Part shown: positions 1-12,253 of the stretch, in pieces
Numbering within the stretch: the stretch's first letter is position 1
Layout: each line of letters starts with the position of its first letter
From: Escherichia coli
GTDB taxonomy: Bacteria; Pseudomonadota; Gammaproteobacteria; Enterobacterales; Enterobacteriaceae
Strand: one strand, 5' to 3'
DNA: 64,000 nt
Assembly (NCBI RefSeq): GCF_048403405.1
Contig: NZ_CP183129.1
The notes under the pieces: model-generated
Seen by the model: the letters and a program-made list of their open reading frames with translations, nothing else
What the model was told of the DNA's origin: nothing
The model's database searches: none
Made by a program: the position numbers and the translations under genes

Positions 1-1
1 G

Positions 2-154
2 GATAATTCTGTTATTGGCGCGGGTAGTGTCGTCATAAAAGACATTCCACCAAACGTCGTGGCTGCTGGCGTTCCTTGCCGGGTTATTCGCGAAATAAAC
101 GACCGGGATAAGCACTATTATTACAAAGATTATAAAGTTGAACCTTCAGTTTAA
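2..154 (+). CDS. lacA: Galactoside O-acetyltransferase, C-terminal 50 codons (5' end outside window)
   Basis: Open frame from window edge to TAA at 152-154; translation ...[49 protein letters not shown] matches the LacA tail. Confidence 0.85.
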   Translation, partial: DNSVIGAGSVVIKDIPPNVVAAGVPCRVIREINDRDKHYYYKDYKVEPSV

Positions 155-171
155 ATTAGCACTGAAATAAA

Positions 172-201
172 TGTCGGATGCGCCATTGGGCACATCCGAC
201 A
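172..201. terminator. Imperfect hairpin between convergent lacA and cynX; part of a 56 bp repeat (see findings)
   Basis: tgtcggatg...catccgaca inverted repeat read directly; no clear U-tract. Confidence 0.45.
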
Positions 202-241
202 ATAATTCACTCTTCCATTATCTGGCGAAACAAGCGTCGCA

Positions 242-1396
242 TCATGCCTCTTTGACCCACAGCTGCGGAAAACGTGCTGGTGCAAAACGCAGGGTTATGA
301 TCATCAGCCCAACGACGCACAGCGCATGAAACGCCCAGTCCATCAAGTAATTGCCACTGATACTACGCAGCACACCAGAAAACCACGGGGCAAGCCCGGC
401 GATGATAAAACCGATCCCCTGCATAAACGCCACCAGTTTGCCAGCAATAGCGGGTTGCGCAGAGTGATCGAGCGCCAGCAGCAAACAGAGCGGAAATGCG
501 CCGCCCAGACCTAACCCACACACCATTGCCCACAATACCGGCAATTGCAGCGGCAGCCAGATAAAGCCGCAGAACCCCACCAGTTGTAACGCCAGCGCCA
601 GCATCAAAAGTTTGCGCCGATCCTGATGGCGAGCCATAGCAGGCATCAGCAATGCCCCTGCTGCTTGCCCAAGCGTCATCAATGCCAGCAAGGAACCGCT
701 GTACTGCGCGCTGGCACCAATCTCAATATAGAAAGCGGGTAACCAGGCAATCAGGCTGGCGTAACCGCCGTTAATCAGACCGAAGTAAACACCCAGCGTC
801 CAGGCGCGGGGAGTAAATACCACGCGAACCGGAGTGGTTGTTGTCTTGTGAGAAGAGGCGACCTCGCGGGCGCTTTGCCACCACCAGGCAAAGAGCGCAA
901 CAACGGCAGGCAGCGCCCACCAGGCGAGTGTTTGATACCAGGTTTCGCTATGTTGAACTAACCATGGCGTCATGGCGGCACCAAGTCCACCGCCGCCCAT
1001 CAGAGCCGCGGACCACAGCCCCATCACCAGTGGCGAGCGCTGCTGAAACCGCCGTTTAATCACCGAAGGCATCACTGCCTGAATGATGCCGATCCCCACT
1101 CCACCAAGCAGTGCGCTGCTAAGCAGCAGCGCACTTTGGGGGTAAAGCTCACGCATCAATGCTCCGACGGCAATCAGTAACAAACTGATGGCGACGCTGC
1201 GACGTTCGCTGACATGCTGATGAAGCCAGCTTCCGGCCAGCGCCAGCCCGCCCATGGTAACCACCGGCAGAGCGGTCAACAGGGCTGCCACGCTAAAGCT
1301 CATTCCACTCGCCTGACGCAATTGCGGTAGCAGTGGTCCGACGGAGGTGAGCAGTGGTCGCATATTAAGACCAATCAGCACCAGAACCAGCAGCAT
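242..1396 (-). CDS. cynX: Cyanate transporter, MFS family
   Basis: ORF track 242..1423; start moved to internal ATG (1394-1396) giving MLLVLVLIGLNMRP..., as recalled for CynX; multi-pass hydrophobic protein. Confidence 0.85.
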   Translation of the reverse strand: MLLVLVLIGLNMRPLLTSVGPLLPQLRQASGMSFSVAALLTALPVVTMGGLALAGSWLHQHVSERRSVAISLLLIAVGALMRELYPQSALLLSSALLGGVGIGIIQAVMPSVIKRRFQQRSPLVMGLWSAALMGGGGLGAAMTPWLVQHSETWYQTLAWWALPAVVALFAWWWQSAREVASSHKTTTTPVRVVFTPRAWTLGVYFGLINGGYASLIAWLPAFYIEIGASAQYSGSLLALMTLGQAAGALLMPAMARHQDRRKLLMLALALQLVGFCGFIWLPLQLPVLWAMVCGLGLGGAFPLCLLLALDHSAQPAIAGKLVAFMQGIGFIIAGLAPWFSGVLRSISGNYLMDWAFHALCVVGLMIITLRFAPARFPQLWVKEA

Positions 1397-1428
1397 CGTG
1401 AACGTCTTTTGATGGTTGCGCATGGCTG

Positions 1429-1917
<489 letters not shown>

Positions 1918-1929
1918 TTAAAAATAAGG

Positions 1930-2589
1930 TTACGCTGCGGTCGGTTGGCGTAGCGGTATGGCACAAACGCGAGGATTAGCGGCCAGTGGCACAAACTGGC
2001 GGGTTGCGCCGTCAAAAGCTGCGATGCTGCCGCTTTCAATGTCGTAGACCCAGCCGTGCAGGGCGATCCGCCCCTCTTCGAGCGCCAGGCGCACCGATGG
2101 ATGCGTTTGCAGATTAGCCAACTGAGCAATGACGTTTTCACGTACCATCGCCGCAGCTTTTGACGGTAAATCGGAATGCGGGCGCGCCTCATTAACGACG
2201 CGGGCTGAATCGGCATAACGCAGCCAGTGGGAGACGGCAGGCATATGGTCCATGCACTGACAGCTGGCAATGGCGGTCATCGCGCCACAGTTGGAATGAC
2301 CACAAATCACAATGTCAGATACCCGAAGCGCAGCGACGGCATACTCCACCGAAGCAGAAACGCCACCGGGTTCCGGCCCGTAGGAAGGGACGATATTGCC
2401 CGCGTTGCGAATAACGAACAGATCGCCAGGCTCACGTTGCGTCACCAGCTCAGGGACCAGACGGCTGTCGGAGCAGGAGATAAAAAGTGTGCGCGGGCTT
2501 TGCTGTGTCGCCAGCTGTTTAAACAAGGCTTCCCGCTTCGGAAATGCCTCGCGCTGGAATTTAAGGAATCCATCAATAATCTCTTTCAC
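1930..2589 (-). CDS. cynT: Beta-class carbonic anhydrase
   Basis: 219 aa ORF; CxDxR...HxxCG zinc-ligand pattern (SCSDSR, HSNCG); GTG start at 2587-2589. Confidence 0.9.
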
Positions 2590-2698
2590 CGTTAACCTCT
2601 GTCTGTCTCTGGAATGAGAGGCAGACTACTCGCCGATTGTCATAAGGTAAAAGTCTCATTTATGATGAGTTCTATTGGATTTATTTATAGGTTGGCGA
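2590..2698. promoter_or_regulatory. Divergent cynR / cynTSX promoter-operator region
   Basis: 109 bp between divergent LysR regulator and its target operon; the arrangement is established for CynR, but no site was mapped here. Confidence 0.45.
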
Positions 2699-3598
2699 AT
2701 GCTCTCTCGACATATCAATTATTTTCTTGCCGTGGCTGAACATGGCAGCTTTACCCGTGCCGCCAGTGCGTTGCACGTCTCCCAGCCTGCGCTTTCCCAG
2801 CAGATTCGCCAGTTAGAGGAAAGTTTGGGCGTGCCGCTGTTTGACCGTAGCGGGCGAACGATTCGTCTCACTGATGCGGGAGAAGTCTGGCGACAGTACG
2901 CCAGCCGGGCGTTACAGGAACTGGGGGCGGGTAAACGGGCGATTCATGATGTTGCCGATCTGACGCGAGGATCGCTGCGTATCGCCGTCACTCCCACCTT
3001 TACAAGCTACTTTATCGGCCCTTTAATGGCGGATTTCTATGCGCGCTACCCCGGCATCACGCTCCAGCTACAGGAAATGTCGCAGGAGAAAATCGAAGAT
3101 CTGCTTTGTCGCGACGAGCTGGACGTTGGGATTGCCTTCGCACCTGTGCATTCGCCGGAGCTGGAGGCAATTCCTTTACTGACAGAAAGTTTAGCGTTAG
3201 TCGTGGCGCAACATCATCCGCTGGCTGCCTGTGAACAGGTGGCGTTGAGTCGCTTGCATGATGAAAAACTGGTCCTGCTCAGCGCGGAATTTGCCACCAG
3301 AGAGCAAATTGACCACTACTGCGAGAAAGCGGGGCTACATCCACAGGTGGTCATTGAGGCGAACTCAATTAGCGCGGTTCTGGAGCTGATTCGCCGCACT
3401 TCCCTTTCCACATTGTTACCAGCAGCGATTGCCACACAACATGACGGGCTTAAAGCGATTTCTCTTGCCCCGCCACTACTGGAGAGAACGGCGGTTTTGT
3501 TGCGGCGGAAAAATAGCTGGCAGACTGCCGCTGCGAAGGCATTTTTGCACATGGCGTTGGAGGAATGTGCGGATGTTGGCGGAAATGAATCGCGGTAA
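2699..3598 (+). CDS. cynR: LysR-family regulator of the cyn operon
   Basis: ORF track 2675..3598 (TTG); ATG at 2699 gives [40 protein letters not shown], an N-terminal LysR HTH. Confidence 0.9.
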   Translation: MLSRHINYFLAVAEHGSFTRAASALHVSQPALSQQIRQLEESLGVPLFDRSGRTIRLTDAGEVWRQYASRALQELGAGKRAIHDVADLTRGSLRIAVTPTFTSYFIGPLMADFYARYPGITLQLQEMSQEKIEDLLCRDELDVGIAFAPVHSPELEAIPLLTESLALVVAQHHPLAACEQVALSRLHDEKLVLLSAEFATREQIDHYCEKAGLHPQVVIEANSISAVLELIRRTSLSTLLPAAIATQHDGLKAISLAPPLLERTAVLLRRKNSWQTAAAKAFLHMALEECADVGGNESR

Positions 3599-3612
3599 CC
3601 ACTGACACAATT

Positions 3613-3692
3613 GCCTGATGCGCTACGCTTATCAGGCCTACGAGTTCAGTGCTCTACGTAGGCCGGATAAGGCGTTCACGCCGCATCCGGCA
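3613..3692. repeat. REP/BIME element (two inverted REP units)
   Basis: gcctgatgcgctacgcttatcaggcctac and gtaggccggataaggcgttcacgccgcatccggca match the E. coli REP consensus; sits between cynR and codA 3' ends. Confidence 0.8.
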
Positions 3693-3730
3693 TAAACTAC
3701 GCTCGCTTTGTCAACACACAGCCCAGCCGA

Positions 3731-5014
3731 TCACCGTTTGTAATCGATGGCTTCTGGCTGCTCCAGATATACGGTGGTTTGTGCCGGTTGTGTGCTGGCA
3801 ATCACCTTGCCGCCACGTACCGAATAACGTACCGGAACCTGACGGCGCAGCGCATCAAACCCATTTTCAGCCGGCAGGATAATCAGGTTGGCGCTGTTTC
3901 CGGCGGCAATGCCATAATCCTGCAAATTCAACGTCCTTGCGCTGTGGTGGGTGATTAAATTCAGGCCATCGTTAATCTGCCCGTAGCCCATCAACTGGCA
4001 AACATGCAGCCCCATATGCAGCACTTGCAGCATATTCGCCGTTCCCAGCGGATACCACGGATCGAAGACATCATCGTGACCAAAGCAGACGTTAATGCCG
4101 GACTCCAGCATCTCTTTAACGCGCGTGATGCCGCGACGTTTTGGATACGTATCGAAACGTCCTTGCAGATGAATATTGACCAGCGGGTTGGCGACAAAGT
4201 TAATACCGGACATTTTCAGCAAGCGGAACAGGCGTGAGGTATACGCCCCGTTATAGGAGTGCATTGCCGTGGTGTGGCTGGCGGTGACTCGCGCGCCCAT
4301 GCCTTCACGGTGCGCCAGGGCTGCAACGGTTTCGACAAAGCGCGACTGTTCGTCATCAATCTCATCACAGTGAACGTCGATGAGACGGTCGTATTTTTGC
4401 GACAGGGCGAAGGTTTTATGCAGCGACTCCACGCCGTATTCACGGGTAAATTCAAAATGCGGAATCGCCCCCACTACGTCTGCCCCTAAGCGTAACGCCT
4501 CTTCCAGCAACGCTTCACCGTTGGGATACGACAAAATCCCTTCCTGCGGGAAGGCGACGATTTGCAGATCAATCCACGGCGCGACTTCCTGCTTCACTTC
4601 CAGCATTGCTTTCAGCGCAGTCAGCGTTGCATCCGAAACATCGACATGGGTACGCACATGCTGAATGCCGTTGGCAATCTGCCATTTCAGCGTTTGCCAG
4701 GCGCGTTGTTTCACATCGTCATGGGTTAATAACGCTTTGCGCTCGGCCCAGCGTTCAATGCCTTCAAACAGCGTGCCGGACTGATTCCAGTTCGGTTGTC
4801 CGGCGGTTTGCGTGGTGTCCAGGTGAATATGTGGCTCCACAAACGGCGGTATAACTAAACCTTGTTCGGCATCCAGGCTGTTTTCAGTTATGGGCATCAC
4901 CCCGGATTGCGCATCAATGGCGCTGATTTTTCCGTCCAGCAGATGAATCTGCCACAGCCCCTCTTTGCCGGGTAACCGGGCGTTAATAATTGTCTGTAAA
5001 GCGTTATTCGACAC
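3731..5014 (-). CDS. codA: Cytosine deaminase
   Basis: ORF track 3731..5029; GTG at 5012-5014 gives [16 protein letters not shown]..., 427 aa; amidohydrolase metal motif HIHLD. Confidence 0.9.
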   Translation of the reverse strand: MSNNALQTIINARLPGKEGLWQIHLLDGKISAIDAQSGVMPITENSLDAEQGLVIPPFVEPHIHLDTTQTAGQPNWNQSGTLFEGIERWAERKALLTHDDVKQRAWQTLKWQIANGIQHVRTHVDVSDATLTALKAMLEVKQEVAPWIDLQIVAFPQEGILSYPNGEALLEEALRLGADVVGAIPHFEFTREYGVESLHKTFALSQKYDRLIDVHCDEIDDEQSRFVETVAALAHREGMGARVTASHTTAMHSYNGAYTSRLFRLLKMSGINFVANPLVNIHLQGRFDTYPKRRGITRVKEMLESGINVCFGHDDVFDPWYPLGTANMLQVLHMGLHVCQLMGYGQINDGLNLITHHSARTLNLQDYGIAAGNSANLIILPAENGFDALRRQVPVRYSVRGGKVIASTQPAQTTVYLEQPEAIDYKR

Positions 5015-6263
5015 TGTTAGCCTCCACATGCGTCATTGCAGCCGTCGTTTTGCGATTCAAAATCGGGTTAAGGATCAGATAGCTCAGCGCGCCACCTAAT
5101 ACCGCGTTGACCGGAACAATTCCCGGTAACCAGTGGCCTGCGGCAATCCCCAAGGCGACCGCCAGAATCGCCACCCAATTGACACTCATCATACGCGTGG
5201 TCGCAAAGTGCTCATAGCGGCGACGGTTCATCAGATAGTCAGCGATGATCACGCCCCCTACCGGAGGAATAGCTGCCGAAAGGAAGGTCAGCCAGCCGAC
5301 AAAATTGTTATACAACCATAATGCGCAGACCGTACCGATAATACCGTTGATTACCGAAAGGGTTTTGCTCGACATCCCGGTAATGTTGGCAAAACCTAAG
5401 CCCGACGCATAGAGCGCGTTATCGTTGGTGGTCCAGATATTCAGCCCCAGCACCACAATCGCAGGCAGCAGCAGACCCTGAGCAATCATCACATCAGAGA
5501 TATCCGCCATCCCCAGTGCCGCCGCGCCCGCTGCACCGAAAATAAACATCAACGAGTTGCCGAGGAAAAAGGCCACCATCGCCACCAGCACCGCCAGTTT
5601 GGCATTACGACCAAACCGGACAAAGTCAGCGGTGAGCGTGCCCGCACTGATAAATGACCCCACAACCAGCGCCAGCGCGACATTGAAATCTAACGGTTGT
5701 GCGGGAACGACCGCTTTTAAGGCGTCCAGGCCGCCCATGCCGTTAACGGCCAACCACACGGAATAACCGCCAAGACAGGCGATAGCCGGAACTGCAATCA
5801 CCGAAAGAACCGTCAGCGCCGAAATGCCAAAGAAGACGGTGACGGTCATCAGTAAACCGGAAACGGCAATCAGCAAATTAATATCCAGCCCAGTTGCCTT
5901 GCCCACCGGAATGGCAAACATCGCCACGCCAACGCCAAACCAGCCAACCTGGGTGCCGCCCAGCAGCAGTGAAGGCAGCCATGAGCCTTTAACACCAAAA
6001 GAGAAGCGAGCAAGAAGATGAGTGGTCAGGCCGGTTTTTGCGCCAATGTAACCAAGAAATGAAGTGTAAATACCGAGGAGAAGATTACCGATGAGGACTG
6101 CGAGGAAGAAATCATGATAGCTAAGACCGGTTCCGAGAGTGCCGCCGGTCCACATACTGGCGGAAAAGAAGGTTAATCCCAGCATGACGAACGTCAATGC
6201 CAATACCCCTTTCCGCGCCGACTGCGGGACTGGCCCCTGGCTAAAGTTGTTATCTTGCGACAC
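5004..6263 (-). CDS. codB: Cytosine permease (NCS1 family)
   Basis: 419 aa polytopic membrane protein; 11 nt overlap with codA start (operon coupling). Confidence 0.9.
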   Translation of the reverse strand: MSQDNNFSQGPVPQSARKGVLALTFVMLGLTFFSASMWTGGTLGTGLSYHDFFLAVLIGNLLLGIYTSFLGYIGAKTGLTTHLLARFSFGVKGSWLPSLLLGGTQVGWFGVGVAMFAIPVGKATGLDINLLIAVSGLLMTVTVFFGISALTVLSVIAVPAIACLGGYSVWLAVNGMGGLDALKAVVPAQPLDFNVALALVVGSFISAGTLTADFVRFGRNAKLAVLVAMVAFFLGNSLMFIFGAAGAAALGMADISDVMIAQGLLLPAIVVLGLNIWTTNDNALYASGLGFANITGMSSKTLSVINGIIGTVCALWLYNNFVGWLTFLSAAIPPVGGVIIADYLMNRRRYEHFATTRMMSVNWVAILAVALGIAAGHWLPGIVPVNAVLGGALSYLILNPILNRKTTAAMTHVEANSVE

Positions 6264-6329
6264 GAAATTCCCCCTTTTTGCTGTTTGAAACCCAAAAAAT
6301 CCGCCGCATTCTATTCATCTGAAGATAAA

Positions 6330-6345
6330 AAGCAATCGTTTTCGT
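6330..6345 (-). promoter_or_regulatory. Candidate PurR operator upstream of codBA
   Basis: Minus-strand ACGAAAACGATTGCTT matches the recalled PurR box ACGCAAACGTTTTCTT at 13 of 16 positions; about 70-80 bp upstream of codB. Confidence 0.45.
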
Positions 6346-6465
6346 GGGGAAATATATTTTTTATATGAATGAGTGCAAAAAGGTGGGGGAAAAATTATCG
6401 GTGTAAAAACAGTGGGTAGGCATAATAAGACGCGGTAAGCGTCGCATCTGGCATCGGCGCATGGT

Positions 6466-6493
6466 GTCGGATGCGCCAGACGACGCATCCGAC
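6466..6493. terminator. Perfect 10 bp stem hairpin directly after prpE stop; second copy of the 56 bp repeat
   Basis: gtcggatgcg-ccagacga-cgcatccgac read directly. Confidence 0.5.
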
Positions 6494-6499
6494 AATAAC

Positions 6500-8386
6500 C
6501 TACTCTTCCATCGCCTGGCGGATCTGATCCAACGACGCAGGATCATCAATGGTCGTCAGATCCCCAGGATCGCGTCCTTCACAAATCGCCTGGATCGTGC
6601 GGCGCAGCATTTTTCCGGATCGCGTTTTCGGCAATTGCGAGACAAACCAGACGTGCGCCGGGCGACCAAAGTTGCCAATCTGGCTGTCCACCAGCGCCAT
6701 AATCGCCTTCTCTTGCGAGTGCGCCACCTCACGGTCTTCCAGACTGTCGCTCTCTTTCGGAATAACAAACGCCACCGCCACCTGCCCTTTCAGCGCATCT
6801 TTCACCCCAACCACCGCCACTTCGGCAACGCCCGGATGACTGGAGATACTCTCTTCAATCTCGCGCGTCCCCAGCCGATGCCCGGCAACGTTAATCACAT
6901 CGTCAGTGCGCCCGAGAATAAAGTGATAACCGTCAGCATCGCGGATACCCCAGTCAAAAGTGGCGTACACCGGACGGGAAAACAGCGACCAGTACGTCTT
7001 CACAAAGCGGTCGTCGTCGCCCCAGATGGTCTGAATACACCCCGGCGGCAGCGGCCCTTCCACCACCAGCATCCCTTTCTCGTTGACGCCACACGGTTCG
7101 CCGGTGACTTCATTAAGCAACTGCACGTTATAGCCATACATCGGCACGCCGGGGCTTCCCAGACGCGTCGGCCTGTCGTCCAGACCGCGAGCAATCGCCA
7201 TAATCGGCCAGCCGGATTCGGTCTGCCAGTAGTTGTCGATGACCGGCACATCCAGCGTATTGCTCACCCAACTGGCGGTCGGCTCGTCCAGCGGCTCCCC
7301 CGCCAGATAGAGCACTTCCAGCGACGAGAGATCGTGTTTGCGAATTTCAGCGGTAGGGAATTTTTTCAGCACGCGAATGGCGGTCGGCGCTGAGAACATC
7401 CGGCTAACCTGATATTTCTCGACGATTTTCCACCACACACCGCAGTCCGGCCAGGTCGGCAATCCTTCGTAAACGATAGTCGCCATCCCCGCCAGCAGCG
7501 GCGCGTAGACGATATACGAATGCCCCACCACCCAGCCAATATCCGAAGCACAAAAGAACACACCGCCCGCTTTGCCGCCAAAAATGGTGTCCATCGAGGT
7601 CGCCAGCGCCACCGCATATCCGCCAACGTCACGCTGCACGCCTTTAGGTTTGCCGGTCGTGCCGGAGGTGTAGAGAATGCAGGAGGTTTCGTTGGATTCC
7701 AGCCACGCCACCGGTACCCGCGCGCCGATGTGTTGATGGCGCAACGACGCGAAATCGACATCCCGCCCGCTGACGCGTGCTATTTTCGCCAGCCCGCGAT
7801 CCACCAGCAAAACATGGCGTGGCTGGTGCTGCGCCTGACTTATCGCATCGTCGAGCAATTTTTTATAGGGAATGATTTTGCCACCGCGCGCTCCGGCATC
7901 AGCCGAGACAATCAGCACCGGTTTAGCATCATCAATTCGCGCCGCCACGCTGTGCGAGGCAAATCCCCCAAACACCACCGAGTGAATAGTGCCAATGCGC
8001 GCGCAAGCCAGCAGAGTAATATGTGCTTCGGCAATCATCGGCATATACACCAGCACCCGATCGCCGCGCTGCACACCCAGCGAGCGCAACATTGAGGCCA
8101 CCGCGTTCACTTCGTCATGCAGCTGACGAAAGGTAAAGGTGCGCTCTTCTTCTGTTTCCGAAGAGACGGCAATCAGCGCCAGCGCCTCTGGCTGTTTCTC
8201 CAGCCAGCGGTCGATAGCGTTGTGACACAAGTTGGTTCGGCCTTCACAAAACCAACGGGCAAACGGCGGATTGCTGTGATCGAGCGTTTGCGTAAAGGGC
8301 GTCTGCCAGTCAATACGCCGGGCCTGCTCGGCCCAGAACTGCTCCGGTTCGTTAATCGAACGCTGATAAAATTCGCTAAAAGACAT
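6500..8386 (-). CDS. prpE: Propionyl-CoA synthetase
   Basis: 628 aa; AMP-forming acyl-CoA synthetase motifs (YTSGTTGKPKG); last gene of the prp block. Confidence 0.9.
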   Translation of the reverse strand: MSFSEFYQRSINEPEQFWAEQARRIDWQTPFTQTLDHSNPPFARWFCEGRTNLCHNAIDRWLEKQPEALALIAVSSETEEERTFTFRQLHDEVNAVASMLRSLGVQRGDRVLVYMPMIAEAHITLLACARIGTIHSVVFGGFASHSVAARIDDAKPVLIVSADAGARGGKIIPYKKLLDDAISQAQHQPRHVLLVDRGLAKIARVSGRDVDFASLRHQHIGARVPVAWLESNETSCILYTSGTTGKPKGVQRDVGGYAVALATSMDTIFGGKAGGVFFCASDIGWVVGHSYIVYAPLLAGMATIVYEGLPTWPDCGVWWKIVEKYQVSRMFSAPTAIRVLKKFPTAEIRKHDLSSLEVLYLAGEPLDEPTASWVSNTLDVPVIDNYWQTESGWPIMAIARGLDDRPTRLGSPGVPMYGYNVQLLNEVTGEPCGVNEKGMLVVEGPLPPGCIQTIWGDDDRFVKTYWSLFSRPVYATFDWGIRDADGYHFILGRTDDVINVAGHRLGTREIEESISSHPGVAEVAVVGVKDALKGQVAVAFVIPKESDSLEDREVAHSQEKAIMALVDSQIGNFGRPAHVWFVSQLPKTRSGKMLRRTIQAICEGRDPGDLTTIDDPASLDQIRQAMEE

Positions 8387-8425
8387 AATGCTCTCCTGTT
8401 GAACTTACGCCTTACCGCTGTTTGC

Positions 8426-9877
8426 TTAAATGACGTACAGGTCGAGATACTCATTGACCGGCATCTGTTCCAGGCGAGCTCTGTCGAGAGAAACGTCCAG
8501 AATGCGCTGCTGTTGGCGAGTCGGGAACTGGCGCGCGAGATTGATTTTGAATTTATCGACCAGCTTCGGAATACCATCCTGACGGCGGCGAGCATGACCA
8601 ATTGGGTACTCCACCACCACTTCTTCAAATCGCGTGCCGTCGGTGAACTCAAGGGTTATGGCATTGGCGATGGCACGTTTTTCCGGGTCGTGGTAGTCAG
8701 CGGTAAATGCCGGATCTTCAAAGCAATTGATCTTCTCGCGCAGGGCGTCGATGCGTTTATCTTGCGCCACGTTGTCCTCGTAATCTGCCGCCGTTAAGCG
8801 CCCGAACAGCAGCGGGATCGCCACCATGTACTGAATGCAGTGGTCGCGGTCAGCCGGGTTATTGAGCGGCCCTTTTTTGTCGATGATGCGAATACAGGCT
8901 TCGTGGGTGCGAATGGTCACTTTTTCGATATCCGCCGCCGTTTTGCCTGCGGCCTGCATCTGTTCATAGAGCGTCATCGCCGCTTCAACTGCCGTCTGGG
9001 AGTGGAACTCCGCCGGGAAGGAGATTTTGAACAGCACATTTTCCATCACGTAAGAACCGTACGGACGCTGGAAGCGGAACGACTCACCTTTAAAGGAGAC
9101 GTCGTAGAAGCCCCATACTGGCGCGGTCAGGGCTGACGGATAACCCATTTCGCCCGTTTTCGCCATCAGTGCCAGACGTACCGCGCGGGAAGTGGCATCG
9201 CCCGCCGCCCAGGATTTACGCGTGCCGGTGTTCGGCGCATGGCGATAGGTGCGCAGCGACTGACCGTCCACCCACGCCAGCGAAACAGCGTTGAGGATTT
9301 CCTCGCGGGTCAGGCCGAGCATTTCGGCGACCACGGCGGTGGAAGCCACTTTCACTAACAGAACGTGGTCGAGGCCGACGCGGTTAAAGGAGTTTTCCAG
9401 CGCGATGCAGCCCTGAATTTCATGGGCTTTGATCATTCCGGTCAGCACCTGCTTCATGGTCAACGGCGCTTTGCCGCTAGCGACCGCGTTGCGCGAAAGC
9501 CAGTCCGCCGTTGCCAGAATGCCGCCGAGGTTGTCGGAAGGATGCCCCCACTCCGCCGCCAGCCAGGTATCGTTGAAATCGAGCCAACGGATCATCGCGC
9601 CGATGTTAAATGCCGCCTGGACGGGGTCGAGCTGGAACTGAGTTCCGGGGACGCGCACGCCGTTGGGTACGACGGTGCCAGGGACAATTGGCCCCAGCAG
9701 TTTTTTACAGGCCGGGTATTCGAGAGCTTCAAGACCGCAGCCGAGCGTGTCGAGTAGGCAGTAATGTGCGGTGTCGTAGGCCACTTTAGAGCTGATTTCG
9801 TAGTTCATCACGTAATCGACGATATCAACGATTTCACGATCAAATTCCGGGCGGATGTTGTTGATTTGAGCTGACAT
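8426..9877 (-). CDS. prpD: 2-methylcitrate dehydratase
   Basis: 483 aa MmgE/PrpD-family protein in prpBCDE order. Confidence 0.9.
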   Translation of the reverse strand: MSAQINNIRPEFDREIVDIVDYVMNYEISSKVAYDTAHYCLLDTLGCGLEALEYPACKKLLGPIVPGTVVPNGVRVPGTQFQLDPVQAAFNIGAMIRWLDFNDTWLAAEWGHPSDNLGGILATADWLSRNAVASGKAPLTMKQVLTGMIKAHEIQGCIALENSFNRVGLDHVLLVKVASTAVVAEMLGLTREEILNAVSLAWVDGQSLRTYRHAPNTGTRKSWAAGDATSRAVRLALMAKTGEMGYPSALTAPVWGFYDVSFKGESFRFQRPYGSYVMENVLFKISFPAEFHSQTAVEAAMTLYEQMQAAGKTAADIEKVTIRTHEACIRIIDKKGPLNNPADRDHCIQYMVAIPLLFGRLTAADYEDNVAQDKRIDALREKINCFEDPAFTADYHDPEKRAIANAITLEFTDGTRFEEVVVEYPIGHARRRQDGIPKLVDKFKINLARQFPTRQQQRILDVSLDRARLEQMPVNEYLDLYVI

Positions 9878-9910
9878 TGGGTACGTTTCCTTATTGTTAT
9901 TCGTAGAGGT

Positions 9911-11080
9911 TTACTGGCGCTTATCCAGCGCGACAAACTGGCGGTCTTCCGGTCCAACATAATTGGCGGAAGGACGGATAATTTTGTTGTCCTGACGTTG
10001 TTCAATGATGTGCGCCGCCCAGCCGGTGACACGGGCGATGACAAACAGTGGTGTGAACATCTCGGTGGGAACGCCCATCATGTTGTAGGAAACAGCAGAG
10101 AACCAGTCGAGATTGGGGAACATCTTTTTGCTCTCCCACATCACCGTTTCCAGGCGATCGGCGATGTTGTACATCTTCAACGAGCCGCCTTCCTGCGAGA
10201 GCTGCTTCGCCACACGTTTGATCACCTGGTGGCGCGGGTCGGCGATGGTATAAACCGGATGCCCAAAACCAATGACCACTTCTTTGTTTTCCACCCGCTT
10301 ACGGATATCAGCTTCGGCTTCGTCCGGCGTTTCGTAGCGTTGCTGGATCTCCAGCGACACTTCATTCGCCCCGCCGTGTTTCGGCCCGCGCAGTGCGCCA
10401 ATCGCGCCAATAATCGCGGAATACATATCAGAGCCGGTGCCCGCAATCACCCGGCTGGTAAAGGTGGAGGCGTTAAACTCGTGTTCGGCGTACAGCACCA
10501 GCGAAATATGCATCGCCTTTTCCCAGCTTTGCGACGGCTTTTCGCCATGCAGCAGATGCAGGAAGTGACCGCCGATGGAGTCGTCATCGGTTTCCGGCTG
10601 GATGCGTTCGCCGTTGTGGCTGTAGTGATACCAGTAGAGAAGAATCGAGCTAAGTGACGCCAGCAGTTTGTCGGCAATATCCCGCGCACCAGAGACGGTA
10701 TGACCCTCTTTTTCTGGCAGCGTGCAGCCGAGCGCGGAAACGCCGGTGCGCATAACATCCATCGGGTGTGACGCCGCCGGTAAGGCTTCCAGCACGGTAC
10801 GCACGTTAGCCGGTAAACCGCGCAGGGCTTTCAGTTTCGTTTTGTAAGCGGCGAGTTCGTCACGGGTCGGCAGTTTGCCGTGGATCAGCAGATGCGCCAC
10901 TTCTTCAAATTCGCAATGTTCCGCCAGATCAAGAATATCGTAGCCACGGTAATGCAAGTCATTGCCACTTTTACCCACGGTGCAGAGCGCCGTATTGCCC
11001 GCCGGAACGCCAGAAAGCGCCACAGATTTTTTCGGTTTAATGACATGGGTACTGTTTTGCAGGATCGTTGTGTCGCTCAT
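9911..11080 (-). CDS. prpC: 2-methylcitrate synthase
   Basis: 389 aa citrate-synthase-family protein. Confidence 0.9.
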   Translation of the reverse strand: MSDTTILQNSTHVIKPKKSVALSGVPAGNTALCTVGKSGNDLHYRGYDILDLAEHCEFEEVAHLLIHGKLPTRDELAAYKTKLKALRGLPANVRTVLEALPAASHPMDVMRTGVSALGCTLPEKEGHTVSGARDIADKLLASLSSILLYWYHYSHNGERIQPETDDDSIGGHFLHLLHGEKPSQSWEKAMHISLVLYAEHEFNASTFTSRVIAGTGSDMYSAIIGAIGALRGPKHGGANEVSLEIQQRYETPDEAEADIRKRVENKEVVIGFGHPVYTIADPRHQVIKRVAKQLSQEGGSLKMYNIADRLETVMWESKKMFPNLDWFSAVSYNMMGVPTEMFTPLFVIARVTGWAAHIIEQRQDNKIIRPSANYVGPEDRQFVALDKRQ

Positions 11081-11124
11081 ATTGTCCTCGTCATTTGTAG
11101 GGTCGAGATATTTTTCGTTGTGTT

Positions 11125-12015
11125 TTATTTCGCCTGGCTACGGGCAAACAGGTCGTCGAGCTTCTCTTCGTACTGGTAGTAGTTGATGCTTTCGTACAGC
11201 TCGTTGCGGGTCTGCATGGTGTCGATGACGCTTTTCTGCGTCCCTTCCTGACGCAGGACGTTGTAGACATGCTCAGCGGCGCGGTTCATGGCGCGGAACG
11301 CTGAAAGTGGGTACAGCGCCATTGCGACATGGGCGCTGCGTAATTCGTCGGTGGTAAACAGCGGTGTTGCGCCAAATTCGGTGATGTTGGCGAGGATCGG
11401 CACCTGCACCGCATCGGCAAACTGGCGGTACATGGCGAGTTCGGTAATCGCCTCCGGGAACAACATCTCGGCACCCGCTTCAACATAGGCCTGCGCACGC
11501 TCAATCGCCGCATCCAGCCCCTCTACCGCCAGCGCATCGGTGCGCGCCATGATCACAAAATCAGGATCGGTTTTCGCATCCACCGCCGCGCGGATCCGAT
11601 CCACCATCTCCTCTTTCGAGACGATCGCCTTATTTGGGCGATGACCGCAGCGTTTCGCACCAACCTGATCTTCAATATGCAAACCCGCCGCACCGGCTTT
11701 AATCATCGATTTCACGGTGCGGGCAACGTTAAAAGCCGAAGAACCAAAACCGATATCCGCATCCACCAGCAGCGGCAGCGAACAGACGTCAGTGATACGG
11801 CGAATATCTGTCAGCACATCATCAAGGGTAGAAATACCGAGATCCGGCAGCCCCAGCGAACCTGCCGCCACGCCACCACCGGAGAGATAAATTGCCTGAT
11901 ATCCGGCACGCTGCGCCAGCAGCGCATGGTTAGCGTTGATGGTGCCGACAATCTGCAATGGATTTTCTTTAGTCAGTGCAGCGCGAAACGCTTTACCTGG
12001 AGAGTGTAGAGACAT
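11125..12015 (-). CDS. prpB: 2-methylisocitrate lyase
   Basis: 296 aa isocitrate lyase/PEP mutase family; ATG at 12013-12015. Confidence 0.9.
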   Translation of the reverse strand: MSLHSPGKAFRAALTKENPLQIVGTINANHALLAQRAGYQAIYLSGGGVAAGSLGLPDLGISTLDDVLTDIRRITDVCSLPLLVDADIGFGSSAFNVARTVKSMIKAGAAGLHIEDQVGAKRCGHRPNKAIVSKEEMVDRIRAAVDAKTDPDFVIMARTDALAVEGLDAAIERAQAYVEAGAEMLFPEAITELAMYRQFADAVQVPILANITEFGATPLFTTDELRSAHVAMALYPLSAFRAMNRAAEHVYNVLRQEGTQKSVIDTMQTRNELYESINYYQYEEKLDDLFARSQAK

Positions 12016-12062
12016 AGCCCATCCTTTGTTATCAACTTGTTATTTGCGTTGATAAACACAAA

Positions 12063-12078
12063 GCAAGGGGTGTGCCAC
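12063..12078 (-). promoter_or_regulatory. sigma54 (-24/-12) promoter of prpBCDE
   Basis: Minus strand reads GTGGCAC-ACCCC-TTGC (TGGCAC-N5-TTGC) about 50-65 bp upstream of prpB; divergent prpR encodes a sigma54 activator. Confidence 0.65.
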
Positions 12079-12253
12079 AATTGCCTTAATAAAATTAAAT
12101 GTTTAATTTCAATTTGTTAGCAATATAGTCATGAAGTAATCCACAAATATGCGTTTCAGTTAACGTTTCAGGCAATGTTTCACCGCGTTTCATTGCAACA
12201 ATTATGAAACAAGACTAAACCCAATATTCGGTTTCTTAACTTTGCAGTGCGCT

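Noticed and set aside
207-241. Short frame ending ...RRLFRQIMEE upstream of the hairpin at 172-201, considered as a small gene
   Set aside because: No start codon or ribosome-binding site; best explained as a fossil of a prpE 3' end carried within the 56 bp repeat, not as a coding sequence.
6461-7393. 310 aa ORF on the plus strand inside prpE
   Set aside because: Fully antisense to a recognised, well-conserved gene; arginine-rich composition typical of shadow frames in GC-rich coding DNA. Similar antisense ORFs inside yahJ/yahI (24204-24977), betA (39098-39718), betB (37516-38121), fdeC (53079-53528) and others are rejected for the same reason.
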